Under the pieces are notes generated by a model. The model worked only from the letters and a program-made list of their open reading frames with translations, was not told the origin of the DNA and made no database searches. 64,000 nt of DNA from an uncultured Chloroflexia bacterium (GTDB taxonomy: Bacteria > Chloroflexota > Limnocylindria > Limnocylindrales > CSP1-4), in contig CAWKHN010000015.1 of assembly GCA_963849495.1 (NCBI GenBank), positions 294,723 through 358,722 on the forward strand, in the 5' to 3' direction. How positions within the stretch are numbered: position 1 is the first letter of the stretch; each line of letters starts with the position of its first letter. Position numbers and translations under genes: made by a program. Of the stretch, positions 36,499 to 46,560 are shown piece after piece.

Positions 36499-37449
36499 AT
36501 GACGGTCGAGGCCGACAACGTCCCGCGCGGCGAGCTCGCCGACGAGCTCGTGCGCGCGATGCAGCGCGTCCCGGACCTGGCCGGCCGGCCGCTGACGCTC
36601 ACGGCCCTGTCCGGGGGGATCACGAACCGCAACTTCCTGGTCCAGAGTCAGGGGCTCCCGGACCGTTTCGTGATCCGACTGGCCGGCAACGACACGCATC
36701 TGCTGGGGATCAGCCGCGAGATCGAGCATGCGGCCACCGTCGCGGCCGCCGGTGTCGGCGTGGGGCCCGAGGTCGTCGCCTTCCTGCGGCCCGAGGGGTA
36801 CCTGGTGACCCGGTTCATCGCGGGCACGCCCATCGCGGAGCTGGACATCCACCACCCGGGGACCATCGCGCGCGTGGCGGATTCGATCCGGCGGGTTCAC
36901 GAAGGGCCCGCGATCCCGGGCCTGTTCGTTCCGCTCCGGCTCGTCGAGGTGTACCGGGCGCTGGCCCACGATCGCGGCGTGCCGATCCCGCCCGAGTTCT
37001 CGCTGGCACAGGCGATCGGCCGGCGGATCGAGCTGGCGCTGATCGGCAGCCCGCTGGAGCTGCGTCCCTGCCACAACGACTTCCTGCCCGGCAACCTGAT
37101 CGACGATGGCTCCCGGATGCGGATCGTGGACTGGGAATATGCCGGCATGGGCGACCCGTTCTTCGATCTCGGCAACTTCAGCATCAACAACGGGCTCTCG
37201 GTGGATGAGGACGCGGCGTTCCTTGCCGCCTACGACGGCGTGCCGGCGCGCGCCGACCGCCTCGCCCGCCTCGTGCTGTTCCGCGTCGTGTCCGACTTCC
37301 GGGAGGCGATGTGGGCGGTTCTCCAGCAGGCGGTCAGCAACCTGGACGTCGACTTCATGGCCTATACCGCCGACCACTTCGAGCGGCTCCTTGGGAACGC
37401 CGCGACGCCGCAATTCGAACGTGCCCTGCGCGAGGTCGCCGGCGACTGA
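36499..37449 (+). CDS. aminoglycoside/choline-kinase-type phosphotransferase (APH family)
   Basis: ATG at 36499 after GGAGGGAG. Brenner motif LRPCHNDFLPGNLI and the DWEYAG catalytic loop. Confidence 0.8.
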   Translation: MTVEADNVPRGELADELVRAMQRVPDLAGRPLTLTALSGGITNRNFLVQSQGLPDRFVIRLAGNDTHLLGISREIEHAATVAAAGVGVGPEVVAFLRPEGYLVTRFIAGTPIAELDIHHPGTIARVADSIRRVHEGPAIPGLFVPLRLVEVYRALAHDRGVPIPPEFSLAQAIGRRIELALIGSPLELRPCHNDFLPGNLIDDGSRMRIVDWEYAGMGDPFFDLGNFSINNGLSVDEDAAFLAAYDGVPARADRLARLVLFRVVSDFREAMWAVLQQAVSNLDVDFMAYTADHFERLLGNAATPQFERALREVAGD

Positions 37450-37542
37450 CTGTGGGCCGCGTCACCGCTCCGCCGCGCCCAGCCGAGGCGACGTGAGGGC
37501 GGACGATCGATCGATCGCCCTGCTCGCGGTAGGCTTCGCTTC

Positions 37543-38661
37543 GTGCAGCCTGAGCCACCGCCCGACGTCCAGCCGGAGCCCCCGTTCGACGCCCAGCCAG
37601 AGCCTCCGCCCGACGCTCCGCGCGAGCCATCTCCGGCTCCGGATCCGGGCCTCCTCACGACGGCGACGCGGCTTCTCGTCGCCCTGACCGTCCTGGCGCT
37701 CGGCGCGATCCTCGTTACGGCCGGGTTGCCGGCTGTGCTCGCACCCGCCTCACCGGGGCCAGGTGGTGGGTCGCCGGCCGCCACCGTGTCCGGAGCGCCC
37801 GCTTCGCCGTCTGCCGGTGCGGGCGGCGGGTCCATCGGTCCGTCGGCCTTGCCGTCGGGGGCCGATCCGGTCCTGGTCGGTGCCGGCGACATCGTCAGCT
37901 GCGACGGGACCGATGACAAGGCCACGGCCGCCCTCGTCGAGCGGACGCCCGGCATCGTGTTCACGCTGGGTGACAACACGTACGACGAGGGCACGGGCGC
38001 CCAGTTCCAGGACTGCTATGGGCCCAACTGGGGCCGCTTCCTGGACCGGACCCGGTTCGCGGTCGCCGGCAACCACGACTACCTGACCGATCACGGCGCC
38101 CCGTTCAAGGCGTACTTCGGGTCGGCGGCCGTGCGCGACGGTGTCACCTGGTTCTCCGAGGACGTGGGCACCTGGCACGTGATCGTGCTCGACGCGAACT
38201 GCGCGGAGCTGACCGGCGGCTGTGGGCCGGACTCCCCGGAGGTGCAGTGGCTGCGCGCCGACCTCGCCGCCAGCACGGCCCGCTGCACGGTTGCCCTGTG
38301 GCATCAGCCGCGGTTCAGCAGCGGGTTGCATGGCAACGACCCGGCCGTCGGTCCCTTCTGGGACGCCCTGTACGCGGCGGGCGCGGACCTGGTGCTCAAC
38401 GGCCATGATCACGACTACGAGCGGTTCGCGCCCCAGAGCCCCTCGGGGGCGGCGGATCCGTCGCACGGGATCACGGAGATGGTCGTCGGGACGGGCGGTG
38501 CCCCGCTCCGTGCGTTCGGACCGGAGATCGCGAACGACGTCGTGCGGTCCAGCTTCGCGCACGGGGTCGTCGTCCTGACCCTCCACCCGTCGGGCTGGAG
38601 CTTCCAGTTCGTGTCCACGGACGGATCGTTCGGCGACCAGGGCCGGGGCACCTGCCACTGA
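37543..38661 (+). CDS. membrane-anchored or secreted calcineurin-like metallophosphoesterase
   Basis: GDNTYDEG, GNHDY, GHDHDYERF motifs. The N-terminus carries (QPEPPPD)x3 from a 24-nt tandem repeat, followed by a TM segment. Confidence 0.8.
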   Translation: MQPEPPPDVQPEPPFDAQPEPPPDAPREPSPAPDPGLLTTATRLLVALTVLALGAILVTAGLPAVLAPASPGPGGGSPAATVSGAPASPSAGAGGGSIGPSALPSGADPVLVGAGDIVSCDGTDDKATAALVERTPGIVFTLGDNTYDEGTGAQFQDCYGPNWGRFLDRTRFAVAGNHDYLTDHGAPFKAYFGSAAVRDGVTWFSEDVGTWHVIVLDANCAELTGGCGPDSPEVQWLRADLAASTARCTVALWHQPRFSSGLHGNDPAVGPFWDALYAAGADLVLNGHDHDYERFAPQSPSGAADPSHGITEMVVGTGGAPLRAFGPEIANDVVRSSFAHGVVVLTLHPSGWSFQFVSTDGSFGDQGRGTCH

Positions 38662-38765
38662 CGGCGGGACGGTCCGACGGCGGGACGGTTGCGGCCGCCG
38701 GATCGGCCCTCCGGCCGCCGGATCGGCCCGATACCCTTCGTCGAGCGAGGTGAGACCCTGACGAG

Positions 38766-41228
38766 GTGGCAGCAGTGACCGAGCATGCACGGGCGGTCGT
38801 CATCGGCGGTGGCGTGGGCGGAACATCCATCGCGTACCACCTTGCGGAGCTGGGCTGGACGGACATCGTCCTGCTCGACCGCGCCGAGCTGACCTCCGGG
38901 TCCACGTTCCACAGTGCCGGTCTGGTGGGTCAGCTCCGGAGCTCCGTCACCCTGACCCGGATGATGATGTACGGGGTGGATCTCTACCGCCGGCTGGCGG
39001 CCGAGACGGGCGTCGACCCCTCCTGGCACGAGGTGGGCTCGCTCCGTCTCGCGTCCACGACCGCACGCTTCGAGGAGCTGCAGCGGCAGGCGGGCTGGGC
39101 GAAGACGTTCGGGCTCCCGCTGGAGCTGATCTCGGCCCGGGAGGCACGTGATCGCTTTCCGCTGATGACCCTCGACGGCGTACTGGGCGCCGTCTGGCTG
39201 CCGACGGACGGCTGGCTGGACCCGTCCAATCTCGCGTTCGCGATGGCGGCCGGCGCCCGCAAGAGGGGGGCCCGGATCCTCAACCACCACCGGGTCGTCG
39301 CGATCGGCGTGACCGGCGGACGCGTGACGGGCGTGGACGTCGAGCACGACGGCGAGCGCTTCACGATCGAGGCCGACGTGGTCGTCAACGCCGGTGGCAT
39401 GTACGCCCCCGAGATCGGCCGCATGGCCGGCGTGACCATCCCGATCATCCCCATGGCCCACCAGTACCTGCTGACCGGGCGCATCGAGGGGGTGGCTCCC
39501 GGCCTGCCGCAGCTGCGCGACCCGGACAACCTGGTCTACTTCCGCGAGGAGGTCGGCGGTTTGTGCATGGGCGGCTACGAGCGCAACCCCGCGCCATGGT
39601 CCCTGGACGGGATCCCGGCCGACTTCAACCACCGGCTGCTGGACCCGGATTGGCCGCGGTTCGAGGAGATCATGAGCGGTGCCATCCGGCGCGTGCCCGC
39701 GATCGCGGACGCGGAGGTGACCCGGATGATCAACGGGCCGGAGGCGTTCACCCCCGACAACGAGTTCATCCTGGGCGAGAGCGACGCGCGCGGGTTCTTC
39801 GTCGCGGCCGGGTTCTGTGCCCACGGCATCGCGGGTGCGGGCGGCATCGGGCAGCAGGTCGCAACCTGGATCGTCGAGGGCGAGCCGCAGCTCGACCTGT
39901 GGAAGATGGACATCCGCAGGTTCGGGCCGCAGTACCGGAGCCGGGCCTACACCCTGGCCCGGAGCTACGAGAACTACGCCACCTACTACGACATCCACTA
40001 CCCGAACGAGGAGCGCGCGGCGGGGCGGCCCCTCCGCGTCTCCCCGACGTATTCGCGGCTCCGCGACCTGGGCGCGGCGTTCGGGGAGAAGTCCGGCTGG
40101 GAGCGTCCCAACTGGTTCGAGGGCAATGCGGCGGGCGCCGGCGTGGCCGACGAGGCGGTCCTCGAGGCGCTGCGCCCGCGCGGCTGGGCCGGGCAGCACT
40201 GGAGCCCCGCGATCGGGGCAGAGGCGCTGGCCACCCGGACCACGGCCTCCCTGTTCGACGAGACCTCGTTCGCGAAGATCGAGGTGGCCGGTCCGGGCGC
40301 CGTGGCGCTCCTGGGGTGGCTGTGCTCGAACGACATCGACCGCGAGGTGGGCTCGGTCACCTACACCCAGCTGCTCAACCGCCGCGGCGGCATCGAGTGC
40401 GACCTGACGGTCACCCGCACGGCACCCGACCGCTTCCTGCTCGTGACGGGGACGGCGTTCGGGAACCACGACCTGTCCTGGATCCGGAAGCATGCCCCGG
40501 ACGACGGCAGCGTGATCATCGGCGACGTGACCTCGTCGCGCGTGTGCTTCGGCCTGTGGGGCCCCCGCGCCCGTGACATCCTGGCGGCCACGACACCCGA
40601 TGACGTCTCCGACGCGGCGATCCCGTATCTCAGCGCGCGCCAGGTCACCGTGGGCTCCGTCCCGGTGCTCGCGATCCGGGTCACCTACGTCGGCGAGCTG
40701 GGCTGGGAGCTGTATGCGCCCAGCGAGTACGGCGCGACGCTGTGGGACACGCTGTGGGCGGCCGGCCGGCCGCACGGGCTGGTCGCCGGCGGCTATCGCG
40801 CGATCGACGCGCTGCGGCTGGAGAAGGGCTACCGCGCCTGGGCCTTCGACATCACGCCCGAGGAGACCCCGTACGAGGCCGGCCTCGGCTTCGCGGTCCG
40901 GCTCGACAAGGGCGACTTCCTCGGCCGGGACGCGCTGGTCGCCGCGAAGGCCTCGGGACCGCGCAAGCGGCTGCGGTGCCTGGCCCTGGACGACCCCCGA
41001 TCGGTGTGCCTGGGCAATGAGCCGGTTCGCATCGATGGCCGGATCGTCGGACGGGTCACGTCCGGGGGCTACGGCTTTGCCGTGGGGCGGAGCATCGCCT
41101 TCGCGTACCTGCCCCCCGAGGTCCCGATCGGCGCGCGCGGCGATGTCGACGTGTTCGGGACCTGGACCGGGTTCGAGGTCGTCCGGGACCCGCTGTACGA
41201 TCGGGCCGGAGAGCGGGTTCGCGCGTAG
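38766..41228 (+). CDS. FAD-dependent oxidoreductase fused to a GcvT-like aminomethyltransferase domain (dimethylglycine/sarcosine dehydrogenase family)
   Basis: N-terminal VVIGGGVGGTSIAYHLAE dinucleotide fold and a C-terminal GcvT domain. Confidence 0.85.
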   Translation: MAAVTEHARAVVIGGGVGGTSIAYHLAELGWTDIVLLDRAELTSGSTFHSAGLVGQLRSSVTLTRMMMYGVDLYRRLAAETGVDPSWHEVGSLRLASTTARFEELQRQAGWAKTFGLPLELISAREARDRFPLMTLDGVLGAVWLPTDGWLDPSNLAFAMAAGARKRGARILNHHRVVAIGVTGGRVTGVDVEHDGERFTIEADVVVNAGGMYAPEIGRMAGVTIPIIPMAHQYLLTGRIEGVAPGLPQLRDPDNLVYFREEVGGLCMGGYERNPAPWSLDGIPADFNHRLLDPDWPRFEEIMSGAIRRVPAIADAEVTRMINGPEAFTPDNEFILGESDARGFFVAAGFCAHGIAGAGGIGQQVATWIVEGEPQLDLWKMDIRRFGPQYRSRAYTLARSYENYATYYDIHYPNEERAAGRPLRVSPTYSRLRDLGAAFGEKSGWERPNWFEGNAAGAGVADEAVLEALRPRGWAGQHWSPAIGAEALATRTTASLFDETSFAKIEVAGPGAVALLGWLCSNDIDREVGSVTYTQLLNRRGGIECDLTVTRTAPDRFLLVTGTAFGNHDLSWIRKHAPDDGSVIIGDVTSSRVCFGLWGPRARDILAATTPDDVSDAAIPYLSARQVTVGSVPVLAIRVTYVGELGWELYAPSEYGATLWDTLWAAGRPHGLVAGGYRAIDALRLEKGYRAWAFDITPEETPYEAGLGFAVRLDKGDFLGRDALVAAKASGPRKRLRCLALDDPRSVCLGNEPVRIDGRIVGRVTSGGYGFAVGRSIAFAYLPPEVPIGARGDVDVFGTWTGFEVVRDPLYDRAGERVRA

Positions 41229-41246
41229 CGCGGCATCATCGTCGCG

Positions 41247-42086
41247 ATGACAGCCCCGGATCACGGACCCGACTGGTCCGCCTCACTGGCCCGCGTCCCC
41301 GAGACGCAGCTGCGGCAATGGCTCGCGTTCGCGCTCGAGGCCTGCGACGTCGCCGACGAGATCGCTCTCCGCCACTTCCGCCGGGACATCGTCATCGAGC
41401 GCAAGCCGGACCGCTCGTTCGTGACCGCGGCCGACCAGGGGATCGAGCGCGAGATTCGGGGCCGGATCGCCGCGCGCTACCCGGAGCACGGCCTCATCGG
41501 GGAGGAGTACGGGACCGAGGCGGTCGGGGCGGCGACCCGCTGGTACATCGATCCCATCGACGGCACCCACAACTTCATCCGCGGCGTGCCGCTGTTCGGG
41601 ACGCTGCTCGCGGTGGAGCACGAGGGAGAGCTGCAGGTGGGCGTCATCTCCGCGCCCGCGATGCGCGAGCGCTGGTTCGCCTACCGGGGTGGGGGAGCCT
41701 GGGAGCGTGGCCTGGACGGCGAGCGCCGGATCCACGTCTCCCGCGTGGCGGCGCTCGAGGATGCGCAGCTCGTCTACGGCGGCGGCCGCGACAACGTGGC
41801 GTCGGGCCTGATGCCGGGCTTCGACGCGCTGCTCGGGTCCGCCTGGCGCGAGCGAGGTTTCGGCGACTTCTGGGGCTACGCGCTGGTCGCCGAGGGTGCG
41901 GCCGAGGCGATGCTGGAGACCGGCATGCACAGCTGGGACCTGGCCGCGCCGCTGGTGCTGATCGAGGAGGCCGGCGGTCGGGTCACCGACGTCAACGGGG
42001 AGCGGCGGATCGACACGCCGTCATTCGTGGGTTCCAACGGCCTGCTCCACGACGAGATCCTCGGCCGGCTGCGCCTGCCGGGCTGA
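41247..42086 (+). CDS. inositol monophosphatase family / histidinol-phosphatase
   Basis: WYIDPIDGTHNF and WDLAAP motifs. Confidence 0.85.
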   Translation: MTAPDHGPDWSASLARVPETQLRQWLAFALEACDVADEIALRHFRRDIVIERKPDRSFVTAADQGIEREIRGRIAARYPEHGLIGEEYGTEAVGAATRWYIDPIDGTHNFIRGVPLFGTLLAVEHEGELQVGVISAPAMRERWFAYRGGGAWERGLDGERRIHVSRVAALEDAQLVYGGGRDNVASGLMPGFDALLGSAWRERGFGDFWGYALVAEGAAEAMLETGMHSWDLAAPLVLIEEAGGRVTDVNGERRIDTPSFVGSNGLLHDEILGRLRLPG

Positions 42087-42140
42087 CGAGCGCCGGCGGC
42101 GTGTGACGGGTTCCCCGGTCCTGCGTCACCCCGGGCGCGC

Positions 42141-43463
42141 TCAGGTGCCGGCGGCGTCCAGTGCCTGCTCGATGACCAGGAGGGCCTGGTCGACCTCCTC
42201 GGCCGTCGTGACCAGCGGCGGGATGATGCGGATCACGTTGACGTAGGTGCCGGCGGTCAGCAGCAGCAGCCGGCGGTCGAACGCCTCCTTCTGGACGCGC
42301 TTCGTGAGCTCCGGGTTCGGCACCCGTCCATCGCCCTCGCCCGGCTTCACGAACTCCAGCGCCACCATCAGGCCGAGGCCGCGCACGTTGCCCACCTGGG
42401 CCCTGCCGGCGCAGATCCGGCCGAGGCCGTCGAGGAGCTGTGCTCCGCGGTCGCGCGCGTTGGCGACGAGACGCTCGTCCTCGATGACGTCGAGGGTCGC
42501 CAGCGCGGCCGCACACGAGACGACGTTGCCGCCGTAGGTGCCGCCGTGCGACCCGGGCGGCATCCGGTCCAGGATCTCCCGCCGGGCGATGATCCCCGAC
42601 AGCGGCATGCCCGACGCGATGCCCTTGGCCATGACCAGGATGTCCGGCTCCACGTCCCAGTGCCGGACCGCGAACAGCTCGCCGGTCCGCCCGAACCCCG
42701 TCTGGACCTCGTCCGCGATGAGCAGGATGCCGTGCGAGGCGGTGATCTCGCGCAGGCGGGGCAGAAACCCGGGCGGCGGCACGATGTAGCCGCCTTCGCC
42801 GATCACGGGCTCCACGATGATCGCCGCGACCTTGTCCGGGTACACCAGCTGGTGGAACAGGAGGTCCAGCTGGGCCTCCCAGTCGCAGGTGCAGGCCGCC
42901 GGGTCGTGGGCGCCGCCCGCCGCGCGGTAGCAGTACGGGTAGCTGGCGTGGTACACGGACCCCGGCAGGGGCTCGAACGCCCCGCGGTAGACATCCTTGG
43001 CCGCCGTCAGCGCCATCGTCTGTGCGGTCCGGCCGTGGAATCCGTAGCGGAACGCGATGATCGCCGGCCGGCCGGTCGCGACCCGGGCAAGCTTCACCGC
43101 GGCCTCGACCGCCTCCGCCCCGGAGTTGGACAGGAACGCGCTCCAGGGCCCGCCCGGCAGCAGGTGCGTCAGCCGCTCGTACAGCCGCAGCCCGGGCTCG
43201 TGATACATGATGTTCTGCTGGCCGTGGAGGAGCTTCGCCGCCTGTGCCTGGATGGCGGCGACGACCCGTGGATGGGCGTGCCCCGTATTGGTGACACCGA
43301 TCCCGGAGGTGTAATCGAGGTAGCGGTCGCCCTCGGGCGTCACCAGCCAGCTGCCCTCGCCGTGATCGACCAGCAGGTTGGTGATCCGGCTCCAGACCGG
43401 GGGCACGACCGAGCGGTCGGGCAGGGGAGCGGCAGCCGGAGATGCCGGCGCGGTATCGACCAT
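42141..43463 (-). CDS. class III aminotransferase (GabT / putrescine aminotransferase-like)
   Basis: LIADEVQTGFGRTG and VMAKGIASG motifs. It is the last gene of the pot operon strand. Confidence 0.85.
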   Translation of the reverse strand: MVDTAPASPAAAPLPDRSVVPPVWSRITNLLVDHGEGSWLVTPEGDRYLDYTSGIGVTNTGHAHPRVVAAIQAQAAKLLHGQQNIMYHEPGLRLYERLTHLLPGGPWSAFLSNSGAEAVEAAVKLARVATGRPAIIAFRYGFHGRTAQTMALTAAKDVYRGAFEPLPGSVYHASYPYCYRAAGGAHDPAACTCDWEAQLDLLFHQLVYPDKVAAIIVEPVIGEGGYIVPPPGFLPRLREITASHGILLIADEVQTGFGRTGELFAVRHWDVEPDILVMAKGIASGMPLSGIIARREILDRMPPGSHGGTYGGNVVSCAAALATLDVIEDERLVANARDRGAQLLDGLGRICAGRAQVGNVRGLGLMVALEFVKPGEGDGRVPNPELTKRVQKEAFDRRLLLLTAGTYVNVIRIIPPLVTTAEEVDQALLVIEQALDAAGT

Positions 43464-43479
43464 GGAAGCCTCCGTGGGG

Positions 43480-44358
43480 CTAGCGGATCCGGACGGCCTG
43501 CCCGGAGCGGAGCGATGTGAGCGCGACCAGTCCGACGGCGCCCAGGAACACGATCGAGCCCACGACGTTGATCTGGACCGGCAGCGCGTTGCGCTGGATG
43601 GAGTACACCCAGATCGGGAACGTGTTGGTCGTGCCCGAGACGAAGTTCGTGATCACGAAGTCGTCGATCGACAGGCTGAACGCCAGCAGCCCGGCCGCCA
43701 TGATGCCGGGGAAGATCAGCGGGAAGGTGACCTTCCAGAACGTCGTCAGCTCGTTCGCGCCCAGGTCCATCGCCGCCTCCTCGAGACGCCGGTCGAACCC
43801 GGCCACGCGCGCTTTCACGGTCACGACCACGTAGCTGATGTTGAACATGATGTGGGCGATCACGATCGTGACGAACCCTGTCGGGTAGAGCAGCGGCACG
43901 GTGCCCGCGAGCGGGGGCAGGGCGGTCGCCACGAACAGGGTCAGCAGGCTGGCCCCCATGACGATCTCGGGAGTCGCCATGGGCAGGAAGATGAGCCCGT
44001 TGAGCGGGCCGCGGCCGCGGAACTGGTAGCGGGTCAGGGCGAGTCCGATCAACGTGCCCAGGAGCGTGGCCACGATCGTGGACACGACCGCCACCGTGAG
44101 GCTGATCCGGACCGAGTCACCGAGGCCGGGCCAGTCGAGCGGGTGCAGCCAGCCGTCGATCGAGAACTCGTTCCAGATGTAGTTGAACTTGCCCGCGGGC
44201 TTGTTGAACGAGAACACGATCATGACCGCGATCGGGATCAGCAGGTACCCGATCGCGAGGGTCGTGAACAGCGGCAGCAGGTAGCGGTCGATCCGCTGCC
44301 ACACCGGCTGCGGAGGTCGGGCGGCGGGAGCGTCCGAGGCGCGGACAGGCGTCGACAT
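43480..44358 (-). CDS. potC: spermidine/putrescine ABC transporter permease
   Basis: ABC TM1 permease with the EAA-like loop. Confidence 0.85.
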   Translation of the reverse strand: MSTPVRASDAPAARPPQPVWQRIDRYLLPLFTTLAIGYLLIPIAVMIVFSFNKPAGKFNYIWNEFSIDGWLHPLDWPGLGDSVRISLTVAVVSTIVATLLGTLIGLALTRYQFRGRGPLNGLIFLPMATPEIVMGASLLTLFVATALPPLAGTVPLLYPTGFVTIVIAHIMFNISYVVVTVKARVAGFDRRLEEAAMDLGANELTTFWKVTFPLIFPGIMAAGLLAFSLSIDDFVITNFVSGTTNTFPIWVYSIQRNALPVQINVVGSIVFLGAVGLVALTSLRSGQAVRIR

Positions 44359-45248
44359 CAGCCGGTCAGCGCCTCGGTACCCAGCAGCCGGGCGTAGATC
44401 GCCACCGCCGCCAGGATCGCCGCCATGAGGATGAACGACAGGGCCGACCCGACCGGGTAGTCATTCTGGAGCAGCAGCCGGTTCTGGATCACGTTCCCGA
44501 TCATCTGCGTCTTCGGAGTGCCCAGCAGCTCGGCGTTGATGTAGTCGCCCATGGCCGGGATGAACGTGAGCAGCGACCCGGCGAACACGCCCGGCAGGGC
44601 CAGCGGGATCGTCACCCGGCGGAAGGCGGCCCAGCGCCCGGCGTACAGGTCAGAGGCCGCCTCGAGCAGTCGCGGATCGATCTTCTCGAGCGCGACGTAC
44701 AAGGGCAGGATCATGAACGGGAGGAAGTTGTAGGTGAGGCCGGCCACCTGTGCAATCGGGGTGCTGGTCAGGCTGAAGGTCCCGGGCAGGATGTGGAGGA
44801 TGTGCTTCATCGGCCCCAGGACCGGACCCTCGTCGCCGAGCAGGATCTTCCACGAGATCGTGCGGATGAGGAAGCTGGTGAAGAACGGGGCGATCACCAG
44901 GAACAGGACCAGGTTCTTGTAGCGGCCGCCGCGGATCGCGATGGTGTACGCAACCGGGAACCCGATCACGAACGTGAACACCGTCGCGAGCCCGCCATAG
45001 GTGATGGAGTTGAGGAACTGCGGTCCGAACCTCGTGAGCGCCGTCACGTATGCGTCCGGCGTGCCGGTCATCTGGAAGCCCGTCACGATCGACCCCGTGG
45101 AGATCGAGTACGTGAACATCTGGAGGATGGGCAGCACGTAGAACACGACCAGCCACAGCAGGCCGGGAGCCATGAGCAGCCACGGCACGGCCCGGTTGAA
45201 ACGGTGTCGCAGGCCGGGCCCGGGCGGCCCGGCCGGAGCTGCCGTCAT
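44358..45248 (-). CDS. potB: spermidine/putrescine ABC transporter permease
   Basis: ABC TM1 permease. Shares its stop/start base with potC. Confidence 0.85.
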   Translation of the reverse strand: MTAAPAGPPGPGLRHRFNRAVPWLLMAPGLLWLVVFYVLPILQMFTYSISTGSIVTGFQMTGTPDAYVTALTRFGPQFLNSITYGGLATVFTFVIGFPVAYTIAIRGGRYKNLVLFLVIAPFFTSFLIRTISWKILLGDEGPVLGPMKHILHILPGTFSLTSTPIAQVAGLTYNFLPFMILPLYVALEKIDPRLLEAASDLYAGRWAAFRRVTIPLALPGVFAGSLLTFIPAMGDYINAELLGTPKTQMIGNVIQNRLLLQNDYPVGSALSFILMAAILAAVAIYARLLGTEALTG

Positions 45249-45293
45249 CGCCTCGTCTCCCTCATCAACGTTCGGTTCGGGCGCCCGGTCCGT

Positions 45294-46547
45294 CTAGGTG
45301 CCGGACAGGTCGGCGTACAGGCTGTTGAGCTGCGTCTCCTGCTCGGTGCTCAGCGCCTCGTAGTTGTGCTGCTTGGCGACAACGTCTGCGGGCGGGAACA
45401 GCAGCGGGTTGGTGGAGGCCCCGGGATCGAGCTTCTCGATCTCGGCCTCGATCCCCTTCACCGGGGAGATGTAGTACACGTAGTCGGCGATCTGGGCGGC
45501 GATCACGGGGTCATAGACCCAGTTCATCATCAGCTCGGCCGTGTACACATTGGCCGCTCCCTTGGGGATGAGCATGTTGTCCGTCCAGATCATCACCCCC
45601 TCCTCGGGAACGATGAACCTGTCGTCCGCGCTGCCCGATGACGCGAGATCGCCGGACCACACGAACGCCGCCCAGGTCTTCCCCTGGGCGAAATCGCTCA
45701 GGTACTCGTTGCCGGTGAACCGGAGGCCCTTGGCGACCAGCGGCTTGATGTCGTCGTGGACCGCCTGCAGGTTGGCGTCGGTGACGGTGGCCGGGTCCGG
45801 GTTGATGCCCAGCTTGAGCATCCCCAGGCCGAACGTGTCGCGCGCCTCGGACAGGAACGTCACCTTGTTGGACGGCATGTCCCACAGGTCGGCAATCTTG
45901 GTCGGCTCCGCGATCTTGTTCTCGGCCAGGGTCTTGGCGTTGTAGCCCACGCCGGTCATGCCCGACTGCCACGGGTAGTGGTAGTCATTGCCCGGGTCCC
46001 AGGGCTGGTTTCGCAGGGGGTCGCGCAGGTTGGTCACACAGTTGGGCACGAAGGTCTGTTCGATCTTCTCGGCCCAGCCGTTGGCGACCACCTTGGCCGC
46101 CATCCAGTCGGTGATCACGATCAGGTCCCAGCCCGTGGACAGGCCCGCGACCAGCGCCGGGGTGATCGTCTGGACGAACGACGAGTTGTCGGAGATCTTC
46201 TCCTCGTAGTCGACGTCCACGCTGTACTTCTTCTTGAACTCCTCGAGCGTCGGCGAGGATCCCGGCGAGTACTCGCCGGCGTCGCCGGCGGCCCCGGCGA
46301 GGTCGATATAGGCCGGCCAGTTCGCGAACTTCAGCGGCCCGGTGATGGCCGGCGGGGTGGGCGGCGCGGTCGGGGGTGCCGGGGTGGCGTTCGGGGCCAC
46401 GGACGGGGGTGCTGTGGGCGCCACGCTCGGAGAGGGCGTGGCCTTGGTTCCGGTGCACGCCGCGAGGAACGCAGAGACACCGGCGAGGGCGGTGCCCTTG
46501 AGGACCGTCCGGCGTGAGACGGGTGCTGTCAGGTAATCCCGGGCCAT
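45294..46547 (-). CDS. potD: polyamine ABC transporter substrate-binding lipoprotein (Tat signal)
   Basis: ATG at 46547 after GGAGGAAA. SRRTVLKGTALAGVSAFLAAC is a twin-arginine signal plus lipobox. Confidence 0.85.
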   Translation of the reverse strand: MARDYLTAPVSRRTVLKGTALAGVSAFLAACTGTKATPSPSVAPTAPPSVAPNATPAPPTAPPTPPAITGPLKFANWPAYIDLAGAAGDAGEYSPGSSPTLEEFKKKYSVDVDYEEKISDNSSFVQTITPALVAGLSTGWDLIVITDWMAAKVVANGWAEKIEQTFVPNCVTNLRDPLRNQPWDPGNDYHYPWQSGMTGVGYNAKTLAENKIAEPTKIADLWDMPSNKVTFLSEARDTFGLGMLKLGINPDPATVTDANLQAVHDDIKPLVAKGLRFTGNEYLSDFAQGKTWAAFVWSGDLASSGSADDRFIVPEEGVMIWTDNMLIPKGAANVYTAELMMNWVYDPVIAAQIADYVYYISPVKGIEAEIEKLDPGASTNPLLFPPADVVAKQHNYEALSTEQETQLNSLYADLSGT

Positions 46548-46560
46548 TGCGTTTCCTCCG

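Noticed and set aside
38662-38765. Glycine riboswitch upstream of the GcvT-domain dehydrogenase
   Set aside because: The conserved glycine-riboswitch cores (GGAGAG...CACCG...) are not present. Only local tandem duplications are.
38415-41264. 949-aa minus ORF antisense to the DMGDH-like gene
   Set aside because: GC artefact. The plus-strand frame carries clear FAD-binding and GcvT motifs.
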